From: Polyangiales bacterium
GTDB taxonomy: Bacteria; Myxococcota_A; Polyangia; Polyangiales; Ga0077539
Direction of reading: 5' to 3'
NCBI GenBank assembly: GCA_044229975.1
Contig: JBGARZ010000001.1
Location: 64,001-128,000 of the forward strand
Length of the DNA stretch: 64,000 bases
Shown: positions 19,664 to 29,050 of the stretch, piece by piece
Numbering within the stretch: the first letter of the stretch is position 1
How the letters are laid out: every line of letters begins with the position of its first letter
The notes under the pieces: model-generated
Told to the model about the DNA's origin: nothing
Seen by the model: only the letters and a program-made list of their open reading frames with translations
The model's database searches: none
Made by a program: the position numbers and the translations under genes

Positions 19664-20637
19664 GCGACGGGGTCGGAGGCATCGACGGCGTGGTCGAGGC
19701 GCTGCTGGCGAGCTACCGCGACGACGCGCGCGGGCAACGCATCGGGCGGAGGTTTCTGCCGTCGCGGGAGGAGATCATCGCGACGGCGCGGCTCTTCTTC
19801 GAGCTCTTCTACCCCGGCTACTACGGCCGGCAGGACCTCACCGCCGACACCCTCCGCTACCACCTCGGCACGCTGCTCTCGACGCTTCGGCAGAAGCTCT
19901 CCCACCAGATCGAGCAGTGCCTCTGCTTCACCGCCGAGTCCGAGGGGTTGCCCGAAGACCTCCCCGGCTGCGGCGAGCACGCGGTGAAGCTGACCGACCG
20001 GCTCATCGCGCGCATCCCGGCGCTGCGCGCGACGCTGCTCGTCGACGTGCAGGCCGCCATGGACGGCGACCCGGCGGCGTCGAGCCTCGACGAGGTGATC
20101 CTGTCGTACCCGGGGCTGATGGCGGTGACGGTGCATCGCGTGGCGCACGAGCTGTGGGAGATGGGCGTCCCGCTGATGCCGCGCATCATGTCCGAGTGGG
20201 CGCACGCGCAGACCGGCGCGGACATCCACCCCGGCGCCACCATCGGCCCGCGCTTCTTCATCGACCACGCGACGGGCGTGGTCGTGGGCGAGACGAGCCA
20301 CCTCGGGGCCGACGTGAAGATGTACCAGGGCGTCACGCTCGGCGCGCTCTCGCACCCGCGCGACGAAAACGGCCGCGTCATCCGCAACGTGAAGCGGCAC
20401 CCCACCGTGGAGGACGGCGTCACGCTCTACGCCAACGCCACCGTCCTCGGCGGCAGCACCGTCGTCGGCGAGGGCAGCGTGCTCGGCGGCTCGGTCTTCG
20501 TGACGAGGAGCGTTCCGCCGGGGTCGCGCGTCGCGATGAAGCCGCCGGAGCTGCGGGTGCAGCCGCCGGGCGGCGGGAAGAGCGCGCCGTTGCTCAGCGC
20601 CTCTCTCCCCGACAACCTCCCCGACTTCGAGATCTGA
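19660..20637 (+). CDS. cysE: Serine O-acetyltransferase
   Basis: ATGA overlap with cys[38 protein letters not shown] and KRHPT. Ends in DFEI. Confidence 0.93.
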   Translation: MSDGVGGIDGVVEALLASYRDDARGQRIGRRFLPSREEIIATARLFFELFYPGYYGRQDLTADTLRYHLGTLLSTLRQKLSHQIEQCLCFTAESEGLPEDLPGCGEHAVKLTDRLIARIPALRATLLVDVQAAMDGDPAASSLDEVILSYPGLMAVTVHRVAHELWEMGVPLMPRIMSEWAHAQTGADIHPGATIGPRFFIDHATGVVVGETSHLGADVKMYQGVTLGALSHPRDENGRVIRNVKRHPTVEDGVTLYANATVLGGSTVVGEGSVLGGSVFVTRSVPPGSRVAMKPPELRVQPPGGGKSAPLLSASLPDNLPDFEI

Positions 20638-20640
20638 CCT

Positions 20641-21777
20641 TCAGTCGCAGATGCGTTCGAGGCAGCGCCCCTGCGCGCCGCCGCTGCACTCGCCCGACAG
20701 GCACGCCGAGTCGCCCGTGCACGCGGCGCCCGCGGCGAGCTTGGCCTGGCAGGTCATCGTGGTGCTGTTGCAGTAGAGCCCCGGCTGGCACGACTGGAAG
20801 AAGTCGCCGCCCTGGCAGGGGGCGTTGGCGGTGCCGTCGCCCACGCGCTCGCAGGTCATGGTGGCGTTGCAGCGCAGACCCAGCAGCGGGTTGCAGTAGC
20901 CCGTCTGGCCGCGCATGTCGCAGGCGCCTCCGACGGTGTCGACCACGGTCACGCGGCGGCAGGTCGTGGTGGTGGTGCCGGCCGAGGCCACACACGCGAG
21001 CCCGGAGGGGCAGGCGTCAGCGCGGGTGCACGGCGCGCCCGCGGTGAGGTTGCGACGGCAGGTGCCGACGTTGTTGGTGACGTTGGCGCAGTAGAGCCCC
21101 GCGCCGCAGGCGATGAGGGTGACGGCGTTGGTTCCGTTGGGGACGCTGCCGCACTGGGCGCCTTCGACGGCGGTCGCGCCGACCGTGCCGTCGCGACAAG
21201 TGGCGTCGCACACCGCGACGTGGTTGGCGGGGACGAGGCACTGCCGGGCGCTGGTGCACGTCGCGCCGGGCGCGAGCTGCGCGCGGCAGGTGCCCGGGCA
21301 GGTGAGCGGGTCGGCGCCGCCGCTGTGGTCGCAGAAGGTGCCCGCGGCGCACTCGATGTTGCGCCAGCAGCCGCCGCCCGCGGCGATGGTTCCGGTGAGG
21401 GCGCTGGGACAGAGCTGCGCGGTGTCGAGGTCGTCGACCGAACAGCTCGCCGCGAGGCGATCGAGGCACTGCCGGGCGGCCGCGCCGTCGAGGCGCACGC
21501 GGCCCGCTCGGATGGACGCCACGAGGTCGTCGAACTGCGCCGCCCCGAAGGTTCGGATGCGCTCGGCGCAGACCGTCGGGTTCTCGAAGAAGGCCTGCGC
21601 GGTCGCCGTGTTCTCCGAGCCGGGGCAGAGGAAGAGCGAGCGGCACGCGGCGCTGGCGTATTCGGTGGGCAGCGTGTCAGCGGTGACGACCGCGCCGGTG
21701 GTGTTGGGGCCGCCCGTGGTGTCGGAGCAGGCGAGTGGGATCAGCGCGGCGACAACGAGAACGAAGGGGTGACGCAT
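20641..21777 (-). CDS. Cys-rich myxobacterial-type lipoprotein with tandem small disulfide repeats
   Basis: Lipobox PLAC, and many GxxC-x4-C-x2-GxxC repeats (Dickkopf-like). Confidence 0.8.
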   Translation of the reverse strand: MRHPFVLVVAALIPLACSDTTGGPNTTGAVVTADTLPTEYASAACRSLFLCPGSENTATAQAFFENPTVCAERIRTFGAAQFDDLVASIRAGRVRLDGAAARQCLDRLAASCSVDDLDTAQLCPSALTGTIAAGGGCWRNIECAAGTFCDHSGGADPLTCPGTCRAQLAPGATCTSARQCLVPANHVAVCDATCRDGTVGATAVEGAQCGSVPNGTNAVTLIACGAGLYCANVTNNVGTCRRNLTAGAPCTRADACPSGLACVASAGTTTTTCRRVTVVDTVGGACDMRGQTGYCNPLLGLRCNATMTCERVGDGTANAPCQGGDFFQSCQPGLYCNSTTMTCQAKLAAGAACTGDSACLSGECSGGAQGRCLERICD

Positions 21778-21818
21778 GGGCCGCAGCTTCGGGCGATCGC
21801 CCGCAGGTGGCAACAGGG

Positions 21819-22262
21819 TCAGCGCGCGAGACGACGGTGGTCGACCATCAGACAGCGGTCTTGCACCACGTTGATGCCGTGCGCGCGGAGCGCGTCGCAG
21901 AAGCCGTCGTGGCGGATGCCGCTCTGCAACCACACGGCGCGCGGCCTCGCGGCGAGCAGGTCGTCGAGGTGCGCCATGAGGTCGGCGGGGCGACGGAAGA
22001 CGTCCACCAGATCGACCGCGCCGGGGATGGCGGCGACGGAGCGGTACACCGGCTGCCCCAGGATGGCGGTCACCTCGGGGTAGTAGACGGGCACGGGCAC
22101 CACCGTGACGCCCGCCGACGCGAGGTACGAGGGCACGTAGAACGACGCCTGATCGGACTGCGCCTCGGTCTTGATGCCGAGCACCGCGACGCGCTTCACG
22201 TCACGGAGGAGCGCGCGGATCTCATCGTCGGTGTGGAGCTCGCGGCCGGTGATGGGAGCCAT
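21819..22262 (-). CDS. CoA-binding protein (YccU-like)
   Basis: RVAVLG, VPSYL, VDLVDVFRRP, AVWLQSGI and VVQDRCL. Confidence 0.9.
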   Translation of the reverse strand: MAPITGRELHTDDEIRALLRDVKRVAVLGIKTEAQSDQASFYVPSYLASAGVTVVPVPVYYPEVTAILGQPVYRSVAAIPGAVDLVDVFRRPADLMAHLDDLLAARPRAVWLQSGIRHDGFCDALRAHGINVVQDRCLMVDHRRLAR

Positions 22263-22265
22263 GGA

Positions 22266-23075
22266 CTACTTGGTGACGAAGGCCTTTTCGAGGACGTAGC
22301 AGCCGGGCTCGCCGCTGTTGCCCTCGGTGAAGCCGCGCTCCTCCAGGAGCTTCTGGCAATCGCCGTTCATCGCCTCGCTGCCGCACAGCATCACGCGGTC
22401 GTGCTCGGGGCTGAAGGACGACACGCCGATGTCGCGGAAGATGCGGCCCTCGTTGATGAGCGTGGTGATGCGCGCCTGCACCGCGAAGGGCTCGCGCGTG
22501 ACGCTGGGGTAGTAGTGGAGCTTGTGGCCGATGATGTCGCCGAGGAGCTCGTCCTTGTGCAGCGTGGTGATCATCTCGCGGTAGGCGAGGTCGGCCACCT
22601 CGCGCACGGTGTGGCTGATGACCACGCGCTCGAAGCGCTCATAGGTGTGCGGGTCGCGCATGATGCTGAGGAAGGGCGCCAGGCCCGTGCCCGTGGCGAG
22701 GAGCCAGAGCGTCTTGCCCGGCAGGAGGTTGGCGACGATGAGCGTGCCGGTGGTCTTGCGGCCGACGAGCAGCGTGTCGCCCACCTTCACGTGCTGGAGC
22801 TTGCTGGTGAGCGGGCCGTCCTGGACCTTGATCGAGTAGAACTCGAGCTCCTCGTCCCACGGCGCGCTGGCCATCGAGTAGGCGCGCACGAGGGGCTTGG
22901 CGTTGTGCATGAGACCGATCATCGCGAACTGCCCCGCGTCGAAGCGGAAGCCTCCGTTGCGGGTGCAGCGGATGGTGAACAACCGATCGGTCCAGTGGTG
23001 GACGCTGGTGATGGTCTCGCCGTGGTAGTTCGGCGGAATCGCCACCTCGGATCCGTTCGACAGAGCACTGGTCAT
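22266..23075 (-). CDS. fpr: Ferredoxin(flavodoxin)--NADP+ reductase
   Basis: HWTDRLF, GQFAMIGL, RAYSMAS, GPLTSKL, ATGTGLAPF, SVTRE, MLCGS and C-terminal EKAFVTK. The true start is MTSALS at 23075 within the long fused ORF. Confidence 0.95.
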   Translation of the reverse strand: MTSALSNGSEVAIPPNYHGETITSVHHWTDRLFTIRCTRNGGFRFDAGQFAMIGLMHNAKPLVRAYSMASAPWDEELEFYSIKVQDGPLTSKLQHVKVGDTLLVGRKTTGTLIVANLLPGKTLWLLATGTGLAPFLSIMRDPHTYERFERVVISHTVREVADLAYREMITTLHKDELLGDIIGHKLHYYPSVTREPFAVQARITTLINEGRIFRDIGVSSFSPEHDRVMLCGSEAMNGDCQKLLEERGFTEGNSGEPGCYVLEKAFVTK

Positions 23076-23228
23076 GAGAGTCGGTCGTCCCTTTCTTGCG
23101 AGCGCTCGCCCGCGCGATCGTAGGCCGCGAACGAGGAGCGCGTACCATCGGGTTTCGCCGGGTGCAACTCCACTCGCGGCCCTCGATGATCGCCCCTGCG
23201 CGACCTGGTCGGCGTAGGGTGCGCGGCG

Positions 23229-24194
23229 ATGACCCCGCGTCACCTCGGCCTCGCCGTCACCGCGCTTACACTGGCGTGTCGTGAGCCTCGACCGACGGAG
23301 GTGATCGACGACGCGGGCCAACCCGACGTCATCGCAGACGCCGGGATTCCTGCGGTGATTCGCGACGCTCGACGGGTGCGCGTGGCGACCTTCAACGTGC
23401 ACCGCTTCTTCGATCCGACGTGCGACTCGGGGCGCTGCGGCGGCGACGAGTACGAAGAACTCCCGACGCCTGAAATGTTTGCGCGGCGCGCTGAACAGAT
23501 TGCACACGCGATCGAGCGCCTCGACGTCGACGTGGTGCTCTTGCAGGAGGTCGAGACCGCCGTGTCGTTGCACGCGCTCTCGGAGCGACTCGGCCCCGCG
23601 TGGCCCACCGCGGTGCTCGGCGAGATCGGGACGCCCGCGTCGGTCGATGTCGCCGTCGTCGCGCGTGACCCGCTCGTGGCGGTGCGAACCCACCGCGATC
23701 GGGTGCTGCATCGCCCCGACGGGAGCGAGACGACCTTCGCGCGCGAGCTGCTGGAGGTCGAGGTCGACCACATGGGGCACACGGTGATCGTGTTCGCGGC
23801 GCACCTGCGATCGATGGTGAGCGACGACCCCGGGCGGCGGCTCGCCGAGGCGCAGGCCGCGAGGGACATCGTGAGCGCGCGGGCCACCGAGCGTAGCGAC
23901 GCGCTCGTGGTGCTGGGCGGCGACTGCAACGACGCGCCGGGCTCGGCGACGCTCATGGCATTGGAAGAGGGCGGCGCGCTGGAGCGGGCGACGGAGGGCC
24001 TGCCCGCGGAGGAGATCGCGACGTACGTGTTCGGCGGCGCGGGGGTGGCGCTCGACCATGTGTTCAGGGCGCGCGTGGGGGCCGGGGCGCTGGTGCCGAC
24101 GGAGGTGGGCACACGCTGGGACGCACGGCCTGCGCGGGGTTACGGCGGGTCCGATCACGCCGCGCTGCGGGCGGTCTACGCCTTCGCGAACTGA
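23229..24194 (+). CDS. Endonuclease/exonuclease/phosphatase (EEP) family lipoprotein
   Basis: Lipobox TLAC, ATFNV, LQEVE, AHL, GGDCND, LDHVF and GSDH. Confidence 0.9.
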   Translation: MTPRHLGLAVTALTLACREPRPTEVIDDAGQPDVIADAGIPAVIRDARRVRVATFNVHRFFDPTCDSGRCGGDEYEELPTPEMFARRAEQIAHAIERLDVDVVLLQEVETAVSLHALSERLGPAWPTAVLGEIGTPASVDVAVVARDPLVAVRTHRDRVLHRPDGSETTFARELLEVEVDHMGHTVIVFAAHLRSMVSDDPGRRLAEAQAARDIVSARATERSDALVVLGGDCNDAPGSATLMALEEGGALERATEGLPAEEIATYVFGGAGVALDHVFRARVGAGALVPTEVGTRWDARPARGYGGSDHAALRAVYAFAN

Positions 24195-24242
24195 CTCCCT
24201 GGACACTGCGCCGTCACGGTGCGAGAGCGATGCTCGCGAGCC

Positions 24243-25076
24243 ATGAGCGTCCTGGCGCACATCACCGACGTCCACCTCATCGAGCCCGATGCGCGGCGGC
24301 CTGCCGGGCTTGGTGCGGCGGCGCGGCGGACGTTCTTGACCTTCGGGCGCGAGCTCGACGAGGCGACGCGGCGCGCTTCGTTGCTCGCCGCGTTGCGACA
24401 GGCGAAGGCGCTCGGCTTCGACCACCTCGTGATCACCGGCGACCTCACCGAAGAAGGAACGGTGGCGCAGTTCGAGGCCTTCGCGGCGGTGCTCCATGAA
24501 GCCGCCATCGACCCGGCGCGCGTGACCCTCGCGCCCGGCAACCATGACGTCTACGCGCACGCCGACGCGTGGACGGACGCGCTCGCTGGGCCGCTGCGGC
24601 CCTACGCCCCCACGAGTTCGCCGGGCGCGGTGGTGGAGTTCGCCGACCTGGTGCTGGCGCCGGTCTCGACGACGCGGGCCCAGCGCTGGTGGCGCTCGGC
24701 GGGCGAGGTGTCGACGACCGAGCGCCGAGCCGTGGCGGCGGCGGTGCGCACGGCCGCGCGACGCGGGGTGGCCGCCGTGATCGCGCAGCACCACCCGCCG
24801 ACGCAGGTGACGGGCGCGGTGTGGCACTGGTTCGACGGGCTGCTCGACCACGTCGAGATGCGTCCGGTGCTGCGCGCCCTTGAGCAGACCTACGTGCTCC
24901 ACGGTCACCTGCACGAGCGGCGCGACGATCGCTTCGAGGGCGAGTCCGTCGCCCGCATCTTCGGCGCGGCGGCGGTCATCAACGACCCACGCCCCGTGCG
25001 GCGCTACCGGGTCGCCCACGCGACGCTCACGCCCATCGACGACGGAGCGACTCAGCTTGCCGGGACGCAGCGGTAG
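24243..25076 (+). CDS. Calcineurin-like metallophosphoesterase (CpdA/Icc-like)
   Basis: TDVH, TGDLT, PGNHD, HHPP and HGHLH. Confidence 0.9.
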   Translation: MSVLAHITDVHLIEPDARRPAGLGAAARRTFLTFGRELDEATRRASLLAALRQAKALGFDHLVITGDLTEEGTVAQFEAFAAVLHEAAIDPARVTLAPGNHDVYAHADAWTDALAGPLRPYAPTSSPGAVVEFADLVLAPVSTTRAQRWWRSAGEVSTTERRAVAAAVRTAARRGVAAVIAQHHPPTQVTGAVWHWFDGLLDHVEMRPVLRALEQTYVLHGHLHERRDDRFEGESVARIFGAAAVINDPRPVRRYRVAHATLTPIDDGATQLAGTQR

Positions 25077-26020
25077 TCGGTGCCGGGACACGCCGTGCAG
25101 CGATCGCCCGAGCAGTTGACCGCCACGTAGCCAGGCGCGCACACGCAGCTCCGCGTGCTCTCGTTGCACACCGCGTGGCGCGGACACGTGAACCCACCCG
25201 TGCACGCGATGGCTCCACCACCGCAGAAGCCCGCGCGAGCGCAGTACCAGTCGGGGGACGTGCAGGTGAGGCCGCAGGCGACGCCCGCACAGGTGCGCGC
25301 GATGTACCCGGGCAGGCACGAGCAGAGGTTGTCGACCGTGCAGATGCTGTTGGTCGGACAGACCACGCCCTCGTCGCAGGCGACGGTGAAGTTGCCGATG
25401 CCGCAGGCCGGGGTCACGCAGCGGCCGGTCTCCTCGCAGACCTGCATGGCGGGGCAGTCGGAGCCGCACGTTCCGCCGCAGTCGTCGCTGCCACAGAGGC
25501 GACCGGTGCAGTCGGGCACCACCGCGTTGACGCAGGTGCCGCTCCAGCGACCACCCGCATCACAGGACTCCACGCCGTCGCGGCAGTACCCGCGACCACG
25601 CGACGCAGGCGGCCCCGGGTAGCACGGGCGTCGCTCGCCCGGCGTGCAGCCCACCACACCCGCATCGACGCCGACGTCGACCGCGCCGCGATCGACCGGG
25701 ACGTCCGTCGCGCCGAGGTCGACGACGGCGCCGCGATCGGTGACCACGTCGAAGCCTGCGTCCACGCGCCCCGCGTCGGGTCCGACATCCGTGATGACCG
25801 GCGCATCGAGGGCGCCACGATCGCCGCCGAGGTCGGCGAAGCCACGGTCTGTCGCCACGACGTCGGGCGCGTCGATCGGGGTGACCACGTCCGTCGCAAC
25901 AGCATCACGGCGTGCGTCCACGCCGACGTCGCGGGCGCCGCTGTCGCGCACGTCGGGCTCGGGCAGCGTCCAGCTACACCCCGCGCAGAGCGCCAACGCC
26001 AGCCAGCGCGACGACGTCAC
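25052..26020 (-). CDS. Cys-rich lipoprotein with Asp-periodic linker and EGF-like repeats
   Basis: GTG start overlapping the upstream stop (GTGA). Lipobox CAGC, then CTPGERRPCY, CGSDDCGGTCG, CSCLPGY and CVCAPGY. Confidence 0.78.
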   Translation of the reverse strand: MTSSRWLALALCAGCSWTLPEPDVRDSGARDVGVDARRDAVATDVVTPIDAPDVVATDRGFADLGGDRGALDAPVITDVGPDAGRVDAGFDVVTDRGAVVDLGATDVPVDRGAVDVGVDAGVVGCTPGERRPCYPGPPASRGRGYCRDGVESCDAGGRWSGTCVNAVVPDCTGRLCGSDDCGGTCGSDCPAMQVCEETGRCVTPACGIGNFTVACDEGVVCPTNSICTVDNLCSCLPGYIARTCAGVACGLTCTSPDWYCARAGFCGGGAIACTGGFTCPRHAVCNESTRSCVCAPGYVAVNCSGDRCTACPGTDYRCVPAS

Positions 26021-27027
26021 CAGCGCACCACCAGACCCGACGGGCCGGCCGCGACGCGACGGGTCGACGCTGACGACGAGGACGCCCGGTCGACGATGAG
26101 CGCCGTCACCGCGAGGGCCGCGCCGATGCCCGTCACCGCCCACAGCCCGTTGACGACCGAGGCCCGCGCGTCGAGGGCGGCCTGCGTGTCGGCCCGCTCG
26201 CGCACGCACGACGCGGCCACCCCCTCGCCGCCGCAGCGCGCGAGGTAGTCCGACTCGGTCGAAGCGCCGTCCACGCCGAGCCCGAGCGCCAGGCCACCCG
26301 CGATCGCTGCGATGCTGGCGCCGATGCCGATGGTCACCTGCCAGCCGCTCACGCCGCGGCGCGTGATGAGGCCGCCCTCGGGCGCGTAGCAGAGCCCTCC
26401 GCGCAGGACGAGCCCGCGGCCGCACGCGGCGGTCTGCGCCACCGGAGCGGAGGGCTCCATCACCGACTCGCGTTCGAGGACGATCTCCTCGCGGGCGACG
26501 TTGCCGCCCGTCACCTCCACCGAGCGGCGCCACCCCCGGTAGCCCGAGGCCGTCGCCTCGACGAGCGTCGTCCCCGGCGGCAGCACCATGGGTTCGACCA
26601 TGGGCCACGGCGTCACCACCTGGTTGCCCACGCGCACCTCCACACCCGGGGCGCCGCCCGTGAGCATCAGCCGACCGACGTGCGACTGGGCTTCGGCGAG
26701 CCAGGTGACGGCGTCGCCGCGGTGGCGGTGCACCCAGTTGTCGTCGGGCAGCGCGAGGGCCTCGCGCAGGTGCGCCTCGGCGTCGGCCCACCGCGCGACG
26801 CGCAGCTCACACGAGGCCATCTCCCCGAGCGCGCGACCCGTGCGACCGTGGTCGAGGGCCTGCCGAAACAGGTCGAGGGCGCGCTCGAACTCGCCGCGGC
26901 GGCAGCGCTCGGTGGCCCGGCGGGCGAGGAAGTCCACGTCGTCGGACTCCTGCGCGCAGACCGTGGACGGCGCCATCATCGCGACCGTCGCCATCACCAT
27001 CGCGGACGCCGCGCGGGCCCTGAACAT
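26017..27027 (-). CDS. TPR + PEGA-like domain protein with C-terminal hydrophobic hairpin
   Basis: Signal peptide, TPR helices (GEFERALDLFRQA...RWADAEAHLREAL), PEGA-like GVEVRVG...PGTTLVEATASGY, two C-terminal hydrophobic segments and a terminal W. Confidence 0.75.
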   Translation of the reverse strand: MFRARAASAMVMATVAMMAPSTVCAQESDDVDFLARRATERCRRGEFERALDLFRQALDHGRTGRALGEMASCELRVARWADAEAHLREALALPDDNWVHRHRGDAVTWLAEAQSHVGRLMLTGGAPGVEVRVGNQVVTPWPMVEPMVLPPGTTLVEATASGYRGWRRSVEVTGGNVAREEIVLERESVMEPSAPVAQTAACGRGLVLRGGLCYAPEGGLITRRGVSGWQVTIGIGASIAAIAGGLALGLGVDGASTESDYLARCGGEGVAASCVRERADTQAALDARASVVNGLWAVTGIGAALAVTALIVDRASSSSASTRRVAAGPSGLVVRW

Positions 27028-27133
27028 CGGCGGCACTCTGCGAAATCTTCGCGGCGAGGGCAATGACGACGCGCGGTGGTTGCTCGTTCCCCTTCGGCTC
27101 TGCTAGCGAAGAAGGCCGGAACACGGCCACGCC

Positions 27134-27721
27134 ATGAAGCCCACGAGCGACCCCGCGCGGAGAAAGCTGCTGCTCCAGACGGCGGCGAGGCTGCTCCGGC
27201 ACTACGGCCCGGCGAAGACCACCATCGCCGACATCGCGCGCGAGGCCAGCGTCGGCGTCGGCAGCGTGTACCTGGAGTTCTGCTCGAAGGACGACATCGT
27301 CGAGGCGCTCTCGCAGGACAACCACGCCCGCGTGCTCGACGCCATGCGCGCCGCCCTCGCGGGCCCCGGCAGCTACGCCGACCGACTGCGCGCCATGCTC
27401 GACGCCCGCATCGCGGCCTTCTTCGAGCTCGCCGACGAGGGCGCCCACGCCGCCGACCTCCTGCACTGCGAGCGCGACGCCGTGCAGCGCATCCACAAGC
27501 GCTTCCTCGAAGAGCAGCACGCGCTCGTCACGGCCTTCCTCGACGAGGCGATGGGCGCCGGGGAGTTCGCCGTCACCGACGCACGTCACGCCGCTGCTGC
27601 GCTGCTGGGCGCCTACGAGACGCTGGCGCCGCCCTTCCTCTACGCGCGCTGTCGCGAGAGCGCCGCGGGGCGACAGCACGCGCTGCACGAGCTCGTGCTC
27701 AAGGGCCTGCTCACGCGCTAA
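27134..27721 (+). CDS. TetR/AcrR family transcriptional regulator
   Basis: HTH GPAKTTIADIAREASVGVGSVYLEFCSKDDI. Confidence 0.92.
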   Translation: MKPTSDPARRKLLLQTAARLLRHYGPAKTTIADIAREASVGVGSVYLEFCSKDDIVEALSQDNHARVLDAMRAALAGPGSYADRLRAMLDARIAAFFELADEGAHAADLLHCERDAVQRIHKRFLEEQHALVTAFLDEAMGAGEFAVTDARHAAAALLGAYETLAPPFLYARCRESAAGRQHALHELVLKGLLTR

Positions 27722-28134
27722 CGCTTCCTGGGCTTCGGCGTCTTGCCCACGCGGGGGTCGGCCTTGCGCACCAGCGCGCAGAGCCGGAGCACCTCCTCCT
27801 CGAAGGTCTCGCTCGCCACCGGAATCACCTGCCAGCCGCTCTCGCCCGGGCCGAAGACCGTGATCGACCGTAGCGACGGGAGTTCTCGTCGCAGCGAGGC
27901 GTGGTGCTCGGCGGTGGTGGCGACCCAGACGCCGTCGTCGGCGGTGTTGCGGTCACGCAGCGCGAGCACGATGCGCGGGCCCACGTACACCGCGGTGGTC
28001 CCGAACATCAGCCGCGTGGCGGGCGCGAGCTCGTCGAGCTCGTCGAGCACGAAGGAGAACGGGATCTTCTTCGGCGCGCTCGCCTTCGACTTCTTCGCGG
28101 AGACAGCCTCGGCCGGGTCACTTCGCTTCGCCAT
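27718..28134 (-). CDS. TfoX N-terminal-like small protein
   Basis: RLMFGTTAVYVGPRIVLAL resembles the TfoX_N signature. ATG preceded by TATGGT. Confidence 0.6.
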   Translation of the reverse strand: MAKRSDPAEAVSAKKSKASAPKKIPFSFVLDELDELAPATRLMFGTTAVYVGPRIVLALRDRNTADDGVWVATTAEHHASLRRELPSLRSITVFGPGESGWQVIPVASETFEEEVLRLCALVRKADPRVGKTPKPRKR

Positions 28135-28222
28135 GGCGTCCCACCATACGCGACGTGACCCCGCGGCACGGTGTGCATCCCGCGCACGCCTCGAACACCC
28201 CCGTTTCGCTGCGATTTTCGCG

Positions 28223-28238
28223 CGGCACGCGCACTGCT
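28223..28238 (+). promoter_or_regulatory. Putative sigma-54 promoter of the Ig-like lipoprotein gene
   Basis: CGGCACGCGCACTGCT with correct GG-N10-GC spacing, about 45 nt upstream of ATG 28282 (CAGGAG RBS). Confidence 0.55.
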
Positions 28239-28281
28239 CAGGGTCGGTCATCCCTGACCCACAGGAGCCAAGAACACCCCC

Positions 28282-29043
28282 ATGAACCTTCGCCTGCTTG
28301 CTTCGTCCCTCGGCCTCCTCGTCTCGTCGCAGCTCCTCACCGGCTGCTTCCCCTTCCCCCTCGATGACCACGACGACCCGGTTCCATTGGTGCCTCCGCA
28401 GGAGGAGACGGTCTCGTTTCGCTACACCGCCAGCCGCGGCTGTGGCCCCTTCGACGGCGCGTGCAGCACCGATCGGCCGCTGCTCGCGGGCGTTCGCGAG
28501 CAGATGGCGGTGAGCCTCTCGTACAACCCCTCGGGCCTCGAACCGACCGTGACCTCCAGCGACCCAGCCGTCATCGACGTCGGACCGGTGCGTCGCACGA
28601 GCAGCAGCAGCTACGACTTCCAGGGGCTCTTCGAGGTCCACGCGGGCGACCACGCGGGCAGCGCCACCATCACCGTCACCCAGGGCGACGGCCGCACCTC
28701 GACGCTCCTCCTCACCGTCGACGACGCCGCCGGCATGGAGATCGTCGAGGACGAAGGGACCTCCCGCTACGACCGCTCGCTGGGGCGCATCTCGCTGCGC
28801 GTCGGCGAGCGCATCTCGCTCAACGGCGAGCCCGTCAACCTCAACGCGGTGCGCCTGCTCTCCAACGACGGCGTCGTCTGGTCGGTCCCCGACACCCGCC
28901 GCGTCGGCCTGTCGTGGAGCTACATGAGCGGCCCCCGCGTCGCCGACGACCACGTCTACGTCGAAGGGCTCGCGCCCGGCACCGAGGTGCTCACCGTCCG
29001 CGCGGGCGTCGTCGAGCGCACCCTCATCATCGACGTGCGCTGA
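28282..29043 (+). CDS. Lipoprotein with two Ig-like (Big_2-type) domains
   Basis: Lipobox LTGC, then VTSSDPAVIDV...GSATITV and WSVPD...APGTEVLTVRAG. Confidence 0.7.
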   Translation: MNLRLLASSLGLLVSSQLLTGCFPFPLDDHDDPVPLVPPQEETVSFRYTASRGCGPFDGACSTDRPLLAGVREQMAVSLSYNPSGLEPTVTSSDPAVIDVGPVRRTSSSSYDFQGLFEVHAGDHAGSATITVTQGDGRTSTLLLTVDDAAGMEIVEDEGTSRYDRSLGRISLRVGERISLNGEPVNLNAVRLLSNDGVVWSVPDTRRVGLSWSYMSGPRVADDHVYVEGLAPGTEVLTVRAGVVERTLIIDVR

Positions 29044-29050
29044 CCGCCCG

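Noticed and set aside
22266..25469. Apparent large fusion ORFs (also 18814-20637, 1470-3911, 15690-17204, 27718-29259, 51965-53560)
   Set aside because: The N-terminal extensions overlap other real genes. True starts are internal and supported by start/stop overlaps, an RBS or -10 boxes.
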